A stretch of DNA of 64,000 nt from Octopus vulgaris (taxonomy: Eukaryota), in assembly GCA_951406725.2 (NCBI GenBank), contig OX597816.1, positions 54,746,001 through 54,810,000 on the forward strand, given 5' to 3'. Shown here in pieces: positions 1 to 11,997 of the stretch (the first letter of the stretch is position 1; each line of letters begins with the position of its first letter). Made by a program: the position numbers and the translations under genes. The notes beneath the pieces were generated by a model that made no database searches, was not told the DNA's origin, and saw nothing but the letters and a program-made list of their open reading frames with translations.

Positions 1-478
1 TTACACAAGTAATTCTCTTTTCCTTGATGACAAAATAATCTCTATTCAAAGACGTTATTTAGTCCAAATTTCTTCTTGATGGTCATCTATGAGATTCATA
101 TACGTAAAGAACTTTTTGTTCTTTCTCGTACAGAATATTTGTTCCATTTAAAAAGAACCAATCAAAAAGATTAGCAAGATTAGCAAGATTAGTTTGTTAA
201 TTGTTCATCAAATTCATTAATATCGAGCACATTATGCCCAAAGTTGGTCTTCATAGATTACAGTGAGGGAACATTTCTGAAACAAAATTGCGTTGCTTTT
301 TACAACTAGCCTTGCCTAGTGAGTTCAGAAATGCCCACATAATTTTTTCTATCACGTCAAATATTTTGTTTCTAAGGAATTCATTATTTCCATAAAAATG
401 TCGCGTTTGTCATTAAATACAATACTGAAATAAGAAACTAAAACGCAAATCAAATAGTATTTTTTATTGTTTAAAAAT

Positions 479-765
479 TATAGGACAAGAGATGTACCTG
501 CATAGCAAGTGATTTGATCTGAGATCGTGTGCTGAAACGAAAACAATTGCAGCATGGAAGGTATTTGTAAGCTATTTAAGAAACACACAAAAGCCGTTCG
601 ATTCACTTCAACATTTAAATTTAATTTGTCAAAATATTTTGGTCACTGACAGTGAACAGGTCGCGGTCTTAAAGCGACCAAAATATTTTGACAAATTAAA
701 CTTAAATGTTGAAGTGAATCGAACGGCTTTTGTGTGTTTCTTAAATGGCTTACAAACACCTTCCA
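479..765. repeat. Fold-back repeat (90-bp inverted arms 555-644 / 676-765), probable PLE pseudo-LTR remnant
   Basis: TGGAAGGTATTTGTAAGC...AAAATATTTTGGTC is mirrored by GACCAAAATATTTT...TACAAACACCTTCCA with few mismatches; the spacer contains a hammerhead-like stem GGTCGC/GCGACC. Confidence 0.75.
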
Positions 766-831
766 ATTATATGACACAAAATTATTAATTACACAACTTA
801 GATATTTCTGTCAAACTGGAGTTTCAGCTAC

Positions 832-2410
832 TCAAAGGATGAACGTTCTCTTTGTTGCTGTGTGTGAATAATTTGCACTACGACACTTTCTTTGCAGAGA
901 GCAGCAGTAGTCACCCATCATGTTTGTGTTCTGCCTGCGTTGATACCTAGTCTCCATGCTTTTGATATCTTGATGAAATCCTTCATGTTGCTCAACTCTC
1001 ATTGTTCCAAGATTTTCAGAAATATAGTCGAGATGACAGTGCAGGACATTGACTTTTATACGCATGATGCAACGCAATGCTCGAAATTTGGTTGAGTCTG
1101 TACAAATTCAGCGTAATTTGACTTCTTGTTTCCTAAGAAATCAGATACAACGGTAGCAGAAACATTCCATGTTTCTTCTTCAGTGCGAGATATGGTCTCC
1201 AAGATCTGCAACAACCACCTAACCTGTGGCCCGTCAAACACACCAACCTTAATTTTCTCACAAGGCAAGACCGGAAACTTTCTGCTTAGGAACTTAAAGC
1301 AGTCACCATCCTAGTCGAAGACTGATATGCAATGGGGGAAGCAAAAGCTTCCTGGGATCAACCAGCTTCCTGGGATCAACCAGCTTCCTGGGATCAACCA
1401 GCTTCCTGGGATCAACCAGCTTCCTGGGATCAACCAGCTTCCTGTCTAAAACATTTTCTCTCCAGTTTTGAATCCCCTTCTGTCTGGTCATATTTTTCTT
1501 ATCCCTGGGTCACTTCTTGTTCGACTATCCCAATGACACAGAAACCAATGACTCGTAGTAAAACCATATTGTAAACTAAGAAGCAATCCAATGATTTTCA
1601 AGTCTCCACATATCGTCCATTTGTGCTTCTCCTACCTCATCTTTTCAAGCACTATTTTCATGCAACAGACGTTTTTATTTAGCATCACTAAGGAAGCAAA
1701 CACATTGCCGTTAAGTAGATTTTCAACTGTTTTATGAGAAGCCTTCAGTCTTCTGAATAGTATTCACATTCCATGGCAGCCACCAGTCCAGTCCGTTAAC
1801 ATCATTGCAATAAACAAATTCCTCATTTATGCTGAAGAACCATTCTTTTGATGCCTATAAAAGGTGAACTTGGTTCCCGGTGCAAACGGGTTCTTTTCTT
1901 TTTAAACGTGATCCAATCTTGATCACGGACTAAATCATTTAACTTTGCCTGTGTAGAAACGTTTTGGCAGGGCCTCCTGTCCCGCAGTTCCAGGTTACCA
2001 TATTCCATCTCTTCATTTTCATTTTTTCTATCATAAAAAAACGACATGGCGCATGGTAGCGACAAATCATTCGAGTGTGGCACAGGTTGAATAGTGGATG
2101 CCAGATTTTGATAACCGATGTGGCACTTAGTAGCAGTTATCATGATAATTTTGTGGGTCCCCCTACACCATGAGAATGCCAAAGATTAGGTGATTTCCAA
2201 TGACCCTTTGTGCGCTGCCTCAGCGTTTCAACACATATTTTTCATATTATATAGGGTGACTAGGATTTGTCTTAATCACTCAGTTTCCTGCTAAAGCTTT
2301 CTTCGTAAAATCTGTGATTTTGTTTCCTACCTATTTGAAGTGAAATATTCACAAAAATGTCAGAAAACTTCCGAGCCGTTTTGCATATTTTTCTTTTAAA
2401 CTGGCCACAT
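832..2410 (-). mobile_element. Degenerate DNA transposon transposase, CMC superfamily (Chapaev3-like)
   Basis: Fragmented motifs LLLPPLHISL, KIKVGVFDGPQVR, HCHLDYISENLG...HEGFHQDIKSMETRYQ...MMGDYC, QPVPHSNDL and a GDQDKSWAPH-like remnant near 2250-2285; many stops and frameshifts. Confidence 0.7.
1346..1444. repeat. 18-bp minisatellite (AGCTTCCTGGGATCAACC) x5.5
   Basis: Perfect tandem copies; translates as (RKLVDP)n in the transposase frame. Confidence 0.95.
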
Positions 2411-5199
2411 TTCTGAAATGCAAAATATATATTCAAGCCAGTTGCAATCTGGCTAGAGCATTCTTGAATTTGTCAACAAAGTAAATAAATACAGGTTTGT
2501 GGTGACCAAAATCCATAAAGAGCATACATAACATGAAGTTCTTTGACCTTGCTTAACAAAACAAAAAAGACCTTAACTGATTTAATATCAGATTTGCAAC
2601 ATTCAGAGCGCATTCAAAATACCAGTTTTCATATGAAATAGTTAAAGGTTCAACAAAACAGATTTCATCTGATTTGCAATGATAGTTATACTAAATTAAG
2701 CACAGTATGTGCTCATCTGCGGATAAATAAAGCAAATTCCACAAATATGAGACATACATGATGTCAAGGACTGCCAAAATGTGCTGTTTATTGATATCTA
2801 ATTGTATAAAGGGTACTTCTGTCACCATTATGGCATTTAAATCTGGTTAGATTGAAAATAGTGAAAGTTGCTCAAGTTTGATACGTTGCTTAAATCATGA
2901 CGTTTGATTTCCCTTCTGTCGTTGAATTTACTGTAAATGACATTGAATAACTATGTTTTCAAAGTTAAGTCAAGCTCCATACATGGATCTGCATTTACTG
3001 AAGCCAAAATCTAGTCTTAGAAATGGTAACTACCAGAAATGTTGAGGAATGGACATTTGAGTTTGTAACGTGATAGAGCAAACTGAATTTCATTCTTGAA
3101 GCCATCACCCCCACATTACTAGGAAACATGTCTCCAACACCAAAAAACAAAATCCATGTTCCCTAGTGTTATTTGAACAGAAAATCACAAAATAATTGTG
3201 AACATCACAATGGAAATATCTCTATTTTGTTAATAAACTGTTGCTGGGATTCCTGTTTGAAGAATTAATTATTTCACACTCAATCAGAGAATCTCTATTC
3301 TGTGGAACTATCTTAATTTGTTGACTTGGGCTTAACTAGACACTAACCACAAAATCAATCCAAATTGATCCTAAGCTTCAGTCGGACTTCCTGTAGATAT
3401 CTAACAGGAATTCTAAATTTCCTCTAGTTAGCAATATGAGAAACCGTGAAAGTACTAAGCGAAATCGAAACTAGTTCAGGTACTAGATTCACGGTCATGT
3501 GTCTTGTCAGTTCGATTCCTGACAAGTTCGATTCAGACTGGGCGGTGCGTTGTTTTATTGAACAACTTCTTCATTTCATGTGTCTTCAGTTGAAAATGAA
3601 TACAAACTTAATTGCTTGTGCATGTGTATTTCCCTTCAGCTATCGCATTCGGATGTTCCGTTGAGTGAAAACTTGGAGGGTTGATAGAATGCATCAATAA
3701 CTGTTCGCGGCTAAATGGCACCGGAAATAATTTGCAAAAGAATGATGCATGCTGTAATACCATTCTTGCTTGAGCACCACCGCTATGCTTGGTTTGATTT
3801 TGTTTTCTTCTTTTTATATCAGCCATAAGTACATTTCATCCTTATTAGCTCTGAATAACGACCATAAAGGTATTATGGTCCATAGCACTAAGTGGAAACT
3901 ATACTGAAATGTCACGAGTCTTTCGTTAGTTTGTAAAGCTAAGTTAAACTTTCTTGTGTGAAACATTGCCTTTTTTAGTTGTTGGATCTGAAATCAACTC
4001 GTCTTTACAGTATGGCAAATATGAATGACATTAAAACTTGTGTTTATGTCACATACACAAGAATATCTTTGAAAGCTGGAGTTAAATTATAAATAATGTT
4101 TTCTAATAAAACGTTTTTGTAATTGAGTTTCTAATTATGAGAAATTTACTGCAAGATACTTCTCTAATTAATCATGACATAAAAAGTTCATGAGGATATG
4201 TTAGCCAAATCGAAAAACAAGTTTTTACACTTGAAAGAGTTTAATTTGGAAATAACCATTAAGTTCACGTAATCAAGAAAATAACAATTCTGTGGAATGT
4301 CCATTAATACTTGATGATATTTCCTGATGTCAAATATATGATACATGTTATACGCTATAAAAATATGTGTTGTCAAAACATTAGTAAATCAATGATGAAA
4401 ATGATGCCATAGAATATGTGGATGTTTTCTTCTAAAACGATAACAGAATGATGACCATCATGAAAGTCCCATGGAACTCTTCTGCTTGACACTCATATTA
4501 TGGTAATCATTTCAGATATTACCACTCTTTGTAAGTAACAGGTTTATGCAGCGATTGAACCACTTTGTGGTCATTAGATTTGCTAGAAATAACACACAAA
4601 TTACCATCAAATGATTTGCTACAATATTGTAGCAAAGAAATGATTGGTACAATTGGCACGGCGTAATATCATTATTGTTATTCATCCGATTTCCCCGTGT
4701 TTAGATCATGAATACTATTAAAGGCATTTCTGACATTTTAATTACTATTAATCGTGCACTTAGTTACCGAAATAGCCACTTGTTCAAGATTAGAACTGAG
4801 GTAGTTAGTCAAGCATCCCAGTGTTCAAATTATTATTAGTATAATGCTGTAGCTGTATATGCACGCACCGATGTGTATCAATATGAGAATGTATATCCAA
4901 GAGTATATGTATGAATGAAGGAACTGAAGGAAAAAAAACTCTGGTGGTGACCATGAACGAATTTCCATGTGATATTTGATTTGTACTAAATTATAAACAT
5001 TCCTTTATACTCGCGCCGTTGGAAGTACAATGACGGATTGATAAGTCCGTTGGAGAATTGCAACGTATTCAGCAATTGTACGTCAGTTGCGATAGAAAAT
5101 AATTTACAGGAAGAACTGTAATAAATTAAAACGTTGTTTAAGTAATGTGATTCTTCGCAGGTTTGACACGAGGTATTTTTGCTTAACAGAACTTCTATA

Positions 5200-5722
5200 C
5201 GAGATCTGATCAAAAAGTATCAGGACTGGTGCTGTAAAAAGAAAACTACAACACAACAATTTGGCATTGAATCTCCTTCGAAGTAATCTCCTTCTGAAGT
5301 CTCACACTTCATGCAGCATCGTTTCCATCGATAGAAGCATTCCCGGAACTCCTCTTCTTTGGGATGGCCAGCAGCTGCCTCATCGCATTCCCTTGGATTT
5401 CCCTGACGTCTTGAAATCTTGTTCCTTTCAAAAGGGTTTCCTTTCAAGTCTTTGTTTTGGGGTCATAGACGCAGACCTACGATTCATCACTTGTTATGAT
5501 CGTTTTCAAACCGATGTCTTCATCAACACAATCAAGGAGATCCTGCGCAGCTGAAATCCGATCTCCTTTTTAAGACGATCACACTCTACACACTTTATTT
5601 CCAAGCAAGCATGTCATAGTTTATTGTGCCACAGAGTTGAAGGTCAATCTGTGTGGCTTCAGTCTGCGTACTTTAGCTCTGTTAGCATAACGACTGTCCT
5701 GGTACTTTTTGATCAGACCTCG
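5200..5722 (-). mobile_element. Internally deleted mariner element
   Basis: TIRs CGAGATCTGATCAAAAAGTATCAGGAC / GTCCTGGTACTTTTTGATCAGACCTCG flanked by TA; transposase C-terminus ...ECFYRWKRCCMKCETSEGDYFEGD. Confidence 0.85.
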
Positions 5723-6825
5723 TACATCCCAGTAGCTAGCCAAGTTCATAATGTAAATGTATACCAATCAAATTTTGAATTCATCGATACGGTTGGTCAT
5801 TCTTCTTGCCAAATTAATGGAACGATTCTTCGCCCCCCTCCCCACCAATAACATTCTTTCCAGCAGACTTTATGACGATCTAATCACTACCGCTAGCAAA
5901 CAATTCTAACACACGCTTCACGTGTACACCTTTTATGTATACGCACTTCTACACATATATGAATACGTGTGTTAATATACATGTGTAAATACATACATAT
6001 TCATATTGGTTTAATATTTCTATGCAATGCGTATGTATATCGTAGACGATAAAACGCTGCGATGATGTAAATCTTGCTCGACAATTTTATTTACAATAGC
6101 TTGTAAGTGAGAAGAAATAATAATATTGTACCTTATTAGTAAACACAGCGTGAAAGTTAATTCTCGAATCTATGTATTAGTTACTGGACTGTTGCATACA
6201 ATCTACAAGTAAAATCAGGTTGAGATTGAAAACTTTGTGGAGCCATAGCTAAAATAATTGTGAGTCAGCGTTAAAAAGATATGGAAGAATAACTTCGAAT
6301 AGATAACATCTGTACAGACAGAATTGATGTTAAAATGGTATTAGGTGTGTCTGGCTAAAAGACAAACTGAAGAATATATCACAATTCTGTTCTGTATGGC
6401 TGATCAATATTCCTTTAACACGCAGTGAAAATGCTGCCTATGCTAGACAATTAACGGAGCTAGTCAAGACTTGTAGCCCTAAATGTAAATTTGTAATTCT
6501 GGGTCAAGTGAATAATTCTGATTGAGGGGCTGTTAATGATAGGTTATCGCGAATACTTTAGTTTTCGCATTAACATCATACATTTTAAACAAATAATTTG
6601 GATGGAAAAGAAAAAAGAGACAATAAAATAACTGAATGTATATACGATTCAAGTTGTTGGCCACAGGTGATGAACACCTGCGCTTTTACACGAAATCACA
6701 TCTTTATTAAGAGAAGACCACATCTATGCGATATTATTCCTGAAGTTGACTCTATTTTGTTCTCGAATTTTATAAATCTATGTATTTTATAAAACTGCCA
6801 GGAACTGAAAGAGATACTGGAAACG

Positions 6826-7022
6826 TTGGTTTCAAATTTTGGCACAAGACCAGCAATATCAGGGGGCAGGAATAAGTCGATTATATCGACCCTAGTACTC
6901 AACTGGTACCAAACGACTCCGAAAGCATGAAAGGCAGAGGATGAAATCAGAACGCAAAGACGGATGAAATATCGCTAAGTATTTTGCCCTGCGTACTAAA
7001 CATTCATTCATCTCACCGCCTT
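6826..7022 (-). mobile_element. tRNA-derived SINE fragment (Meta-domain-like)
   Basis: Reverse complement has GCCTTTCATGCTTTCGGAGTCG...GTACCAGTTGAGTACTAGGGTCGAT; homologous to 21511-21718. Confidence 0.7.
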
Positions 7023-7039
7023 AAAATACTGGATATATT

Positions 7040-7252
7040 GATTTCAAACGTTTGCCACAAGGCCAGCAGTTTTGTGGGGAGGGGCCGAATCGATTGCATC
7101 GATCCCATTGCCCAACTGGAACTTATTTTATCGCTTTCGAAAGGATGAAAGGCAAAGTCATCATCGGTGGAATTTGAACCAGAACATAAAGACGGACGAA
7201 ATGTTGCTAAGCATTTTCTCGGCGTGCTAACCGCTCTGCCAGCTCACTTCCT
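7040..7252 (-). mobile_element. tRNA-derived SINE (Meta-domain-like)
   Basis: Reverse complement GAGCTGGCAGAGCGGTTAGCACG...GGTTCAAATTCC (A/B boxes) then TTTGCCTTTCATCCTTTCG. Confidence 0.75.
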
Positions 7253-7429
7253 TAAGATACTGAAAATATTACAAATATTGATTGAGAAAGTAATTGGAAA
7301 AGAGAAGATGGCGTGTTTACCAGAAAAGATTTGTAAAATTGTGTTTTAAGGCTATTAATCTTATATTCTTATTCTTTTATCCTTTTAAGGATTACGACGA
7401 TGCTGGTTCACTACCTTAATTCCTTTTAA

Positions 7430-7843
7430 TCTTTACTCTTTTACTCTTATACTTGTTTCAGTCATTTGACTGCGGCCATGCTGGAGCACCGCCTTTAGTC
7501 GAGCAACTCGACACCGGGACTTATTCTTTTTGTAAGCCCAGTACTTATTCTATCGGTCTCTTTTTGCCGAACCGCTAAGTGACGGGGACGTAAACACACC
7601 AGCATCGGTTGTCAAGCAATGCTAGGGGAACAAACACAGACACACAAACACACACACATACATATATATATACATATATACGACAGGCTTCTTTCAGTTT
7701 CCGTCTACCAAATCCACTCACAAGGCATTGGTCAGCCCGGGGCTATAGCAGAAGACACTTGCCCAAGATGCCACGCAGTGGGACTGAACCCGGAACCATG
7801 AGGTAGGTTAGCAAGCTACTTACCACACAGCCACTCCTGCGCC
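7430..7843 (-). mobile_element. Full-length tRNA-derived SINE with CORE-like centre and LINE-derived tail
   Basis: Head GGCGCAGGAGTGGCTGTGTGGTAAG...GGTTCAGTCCC; CTTGGGCAAGTGTCTT; tail GGTGCTCCAGCATGGCCGCAGTC...GAAACAAG plus (AAGAGTA)n. Confidence 0.85.
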
Positions 7844-8104
7844 ACTCCTTTTCTTCAGTTTTGCTGTCGTTTTATGGGTGGCGGTTGATTTATGTGTTTA
7901 TAGAAACTGATCTTCCCAAGAGTGTATCTATCAATGGTTAGTTAGTCTGGTATCATCATTAAGAGTTTATCCAAACGTTCATTTTTATAGTTCAGAAAAA
8001 GGCGCCTTTTATATTTCTGATTTCTTTAGGTAGGCAGCAGGTGAACTGTTGAAGACCTCTAATTAAAATACTGGTACGATAGAGTACTTTTGCCCGTAAT
8101 TTCG

Positions 8105-8900
8105 AAGGTATCCGGTCAGTTTCTCGATGGCAATTTGTCGTCGTTTAATCTGTCCCCAGTCAATTCGTCGTTAGTCAATTTACCCCCCTGGTCAATTCGT
8201 CGTCCGTCATTTCGTCGAGACAATAGGAAAATGAAAGGACAAATATCTGAATTTTAAAAATCGTTTATTTTAAGCTTTGCTGTTTTACATATTTATTTTT
8301 TCTTAAAATTTAGAAAAATAATTTTTTGGCTTGGATCATATTTTTCCATGGCACTTTTTATACGCAGGTTCATATCGCTGTATTTTTTATTTTGGTTTCG
8401 TTCTTCTCCCTATATAAACGTTTGCAATTTGATACTAGCAAACCTTTCCTTACATTAAATCACATCAAAAAGTTTCCAAATATATGGATGAGTCATATTC
8501 ACTGTATTTTTCAGCGCGTTGTGTTAGGCTTCTAAACTATTTGTAGTACGAGCAATCCCCGTCATACATCGATCCCAAACATTCCATATGTAATGGAAAT
8601 GGAGGTCCAAGGCGTCGCCCTCTCTGTCCTCTTCCTCTAGGTAGTCCTATATAATTATTTTCAAAATAGGATACAATTGACTGTGGAATATCATCATATA
8701 CAAGTTGTTCATATCCATCTTAAGCTGCGCCCATCTCATCTCTTTGTCATGTCATATTCAGAAATAACTTATCCGACATTTTCTGTAAAATTTGAAGCCA
8801 ATTTGGCTGATATTTTTAAATGCAGTATGATCGCCTAGGAGCTCCTTCATTGATTCCTGTAAATTTCGTTCCTTAATAGAGGCATCTTCTGGGGAGTTTG
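8105..8900 (-). mobile_element. Mutator/MULE transposon 3' relic
   Basis: Minus strand translates YFENNYIG...PPFPLH.WNV...RTTNSLEA*HN...HPYIWKL; terminal region 8105-8220 has about 15-bp subrepeats (GTCAATTCGTCG). Confidence 0.7.
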
Positions 8901-9699
8901 TTGTTTTTTATTAAAGCGTATATTATTTGGCTGAATATCTTATATCTGTATTTTACTTCTAACGGCGCCAAAGTTTGATTTTCATTCCTTCAGGGCTTAT
9001 ACAACACGTGCCAGATACACAACTATAGAAATATGAGATTCGTATCCGGTCAGGAAAAGTTAATTTTCTCAACAGATTTGATGTAGAAAATGATTACCAT
9101 ATTGCTAAGAGCATTCTATGAAATATTGGGTTCCTTCTTAAAATGCTGTCCGCGACATAATCTCTAATTTCTAAGGAACAAAGAAAACAAATCCAAAATT
9201 CTGTTTTCGGTTCATAGATAACGTTTCAAGAGATTCAGAAAATATATGCTTAGAAGAATAAGAAATCTGTTAACCTATAAAAATTCAGTTTCCTTTGGCA
9301 CCAGTTTTCCCCCTCCCCCAAATAATCTTACAGGTTGCTTATAAAATTATTATTAACTCCATACATTCTTTTTTTATTTTGTCCTGATATTGTAGTTCAT
9401 AGATTTCTATGCCACTGTGGTGTTTTATACTGAAATTTTCTTCTCATAACTTAATTGACGTCTATGCAAAGCACGAATATTTTATCGAAGTCTAGTGTAT
9501 TTTTCTTGGTTAAATGTTATGTTTATGCATTTGTGTTGCAAGACTATAAGCAAACAAGTACGACTGGTGTCTATTTTAGCCTTGTACACAAGAAAAACAT
9601 ACGTACGCATCACACGTGTTAAATTCACTCTTTTGTATTAATGTCTATTTATTTTAAATCTATAAATATCTGTTATTATACACACTTGAACACACGAGC

Positions 9700-9725
9700 A
9701 CACACGCACGCGCGCACACACACAC

Positions 9726-9766
<41 letters not shown>

Positions 9767-9858
9767 CGTATTCAGAGAAATAAACCCGTACACATTCACA
9801 CATACATATATACATGCCTACGTACATACGAACATGCATTACACATATACATACATGT

Positions 9859-9910
<52 letters not shown>

Positions 9911-9983
9911 TATATTTATATATAATCACACATATATATATATGATTCACACACATATATATAATCACATATATATATGTGTG
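9700..9983. repeat. (CA)n/(TA)n compound microsatellite
   Basis: Direct reading. Confidence 0.95.
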
Positions 9984-9984
9984 A

Positions 9985-10170
9985 TTCGCCATGATAGATC
10001 ACTTGCCACTACACATTCTCCATGTTTCTTTCTGTGTTCCTTTCTGTTGAAGAGCGTAGGTTCGAAACGTTAAAGACGTTTTCACTTCCCGAGCGTTATA
10101 CTAATACATCTATTTGTTGTCTACACCACCTGTCTTCGTATTTTGATTTTTTTACGAATTGTCCCCCTAT
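9985..10170 (+). mobile_element. PLE pseudo-LTR-like fragment with degenerate minimal hammerhead (10040-10075)
   Basis: Between TA repeats; cttt CTGTTGA A GAGC-gtag-GTTC GAAAC GTT aaag; homologous copy at 62160-62357. Confidence 0.6.
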
Positions 10171-10707
10171 ATATATTTGATTTGATCTAGCTTCATCTCA
10201 TGAGCTGTGGTCATGCTGGAGCACTGCCATTTTGTGTTGCTATGTAATTTTACTTCACTAATGCGTTTTAGAAATTGACATTTGGTGCATGAGGGAGTTT
10301 GTGTATATGTGCATATATATATATATACGTAAAGCGAAAAAATACAAGCTTCTTGGTGTTACAAGAAACATGGATATAACTGGAGTTGGGTATAAGCTAC
10401 ACTTTTCAGGCAAGGAAGTTACTTGATGCCCTGATGTGATATGAACTACGGATTGTGATACTGAAACAACATCTGCAGCAGAGAAAATAAACCAGTAACT
10501 ATCTTGTTCAAATTTGTGACCACGAGGAGAGCTAATGAACTTGAGTAGAGGTATGAAATAAAAATTGAAACAGATCTCTCCCCATGGAGCATTGTAAAAT
10601 CTATGAAACAGAACAACAGGAAAAATGGGCCAGTACACGTGGGTTCTTGGCACATATAACCAAAGCCATAGAAGGGTTTAATTCTATTAAATTATGGGCA
10701 TGAAGTA

Positions 10708-11997
10708 CGAGGGGCGTTCAATAAGTAATGCCCCTGATCCACTTGAAGTAGTTCGATCTAGCTGAACTTTTGCATGTGCAATTACTGATATCTCTATAGA
10801 TTACGTGGCAAATTACAGCTCTAAACTAATTGTGGTTTCTGATTTACAGGTGTTTGAACTGAGTCAAGTGTGAAATGGAGTCTGTTGAATGTCGAGCAGT
10901 GATCCGGTTTTGTATTTGAAAGGACGCACACCACGGGAGACTTTTGATGAAATGAAAGTAACTTATTGTGATAATGCCCCATCATATGACCTTGTAAAAC
11001 GCTGGCATCGTGAATTCAAACATGGTTGGAACTCTGTGGAAACAGCTCCCAGGTCTGGTCGCCCCCTTCTGCCATTGATGAGGCATCTGTCCGTCAAGTT
11101 GAGGCTGCTATTTTGGAAGATCGACGCATAACTATTCGCGAAATAGCCCATGAGGTCAAGATTAGTACCGGGTCTGAAGAAACTATCATTCATGACCATT
11201 TGCATTTGCAAAAGGTGTCTGCCAGATGGATTCCCAGGTTGCTCACGTCTTTCCAGAAGCAAGAAAGTGTCGATTGCTCGCGGATGAATTTGGAGATGTG
11301 CCAAGAATATGAGTCAAAATTTTTCAAAAGACTGATTACACAGGATGAAACCTGGGTCCATCACTATGATCCAGAGACCAAAGCCCAGTCAATGCAGTGG
11401 AAGCACCGTGACTCCCCTCCTCCAAAGAAGGCAAGGGTGCAGCCCTCCGCTGGCAAGGTCATGCTCACAGTCTTCTGGGACCAGGTCGGAGTAGTGATGA
11501 CAGATTTCCTGGCAAATGGTGCCACAATTACAGGAGCCTATTATGCTTCACTTTTGAGGAAATTAAGAGAAGCTATCAAAATCAAGAGGCGGGGCAAGAT
11601 CAGCAAAGGCATCCTCTTCCTGCAGGACAACGCTCCGGTCCACAACTCGCGTGTCGCCAGATCAGAAGCACAGGCGTGCGGCTATGAACTCCACTCCCAT
11701 CCCCCTACTCTTCTGACTTTGCACCTTCTGATTTTCACCTCTTCCCAATCATGAAGTTGTTTTTGAAAGGAAAGCGTTTCCCAGATGATGCAGCCTTGAT
11801 TTCTGAAGTCACGTCGTGGCTGGAGGACCAAGCTGGTGTCTTCTACAGAAACGGTCTTCAGAGCTGCATCAAACGATGGGAGAAATGCGTAACTCTGGGT
11901 GGTACCTATGTAGAAAAAGACTAATAACTGTGCCAAGTTTCGTTGCTCTACTGCTATGGGAAGTGGGTCAGGGGCATTACTTATTGAACGCCCCTCG
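10708..11997 (+). mobile_element. Full-length mariner transposon (1290 bp)
   Basis: 37-bp TIRs CGAGGGGCGTTCAATAAGTAATGCCCCTGA(T/C)CCACTT with 1 mismatch; TA duplication at 10706-7 and 11998-9. Confidence 0.97.
10875..11924 (+). pseudogene. Mariner D,D34D transposase with frameshifts
   Basis: MESVECRAVIRF.., PRSGRP, WIPRLL, TQDETWVHHYDPETK, FLQDNAP, HPP(Y)S.D.APSDFHLF, RWEKCVTLGGTYVEKD*; about 3 frameshifts. Confidence 0.93.

Noticed and set aside
1346-1444. Possible CRISPR array
   Set aside because: No spacers; contiguous tandem repeat in a eukaryotic transposon
9641-10073. ORFs rich in YI/HT/CV repeats (also about 22.9, 28.2, 37.3, 41.5, 46, 48.2, 60.4 and 63.6 kb)
   Set aside because: Translations of microsatellites
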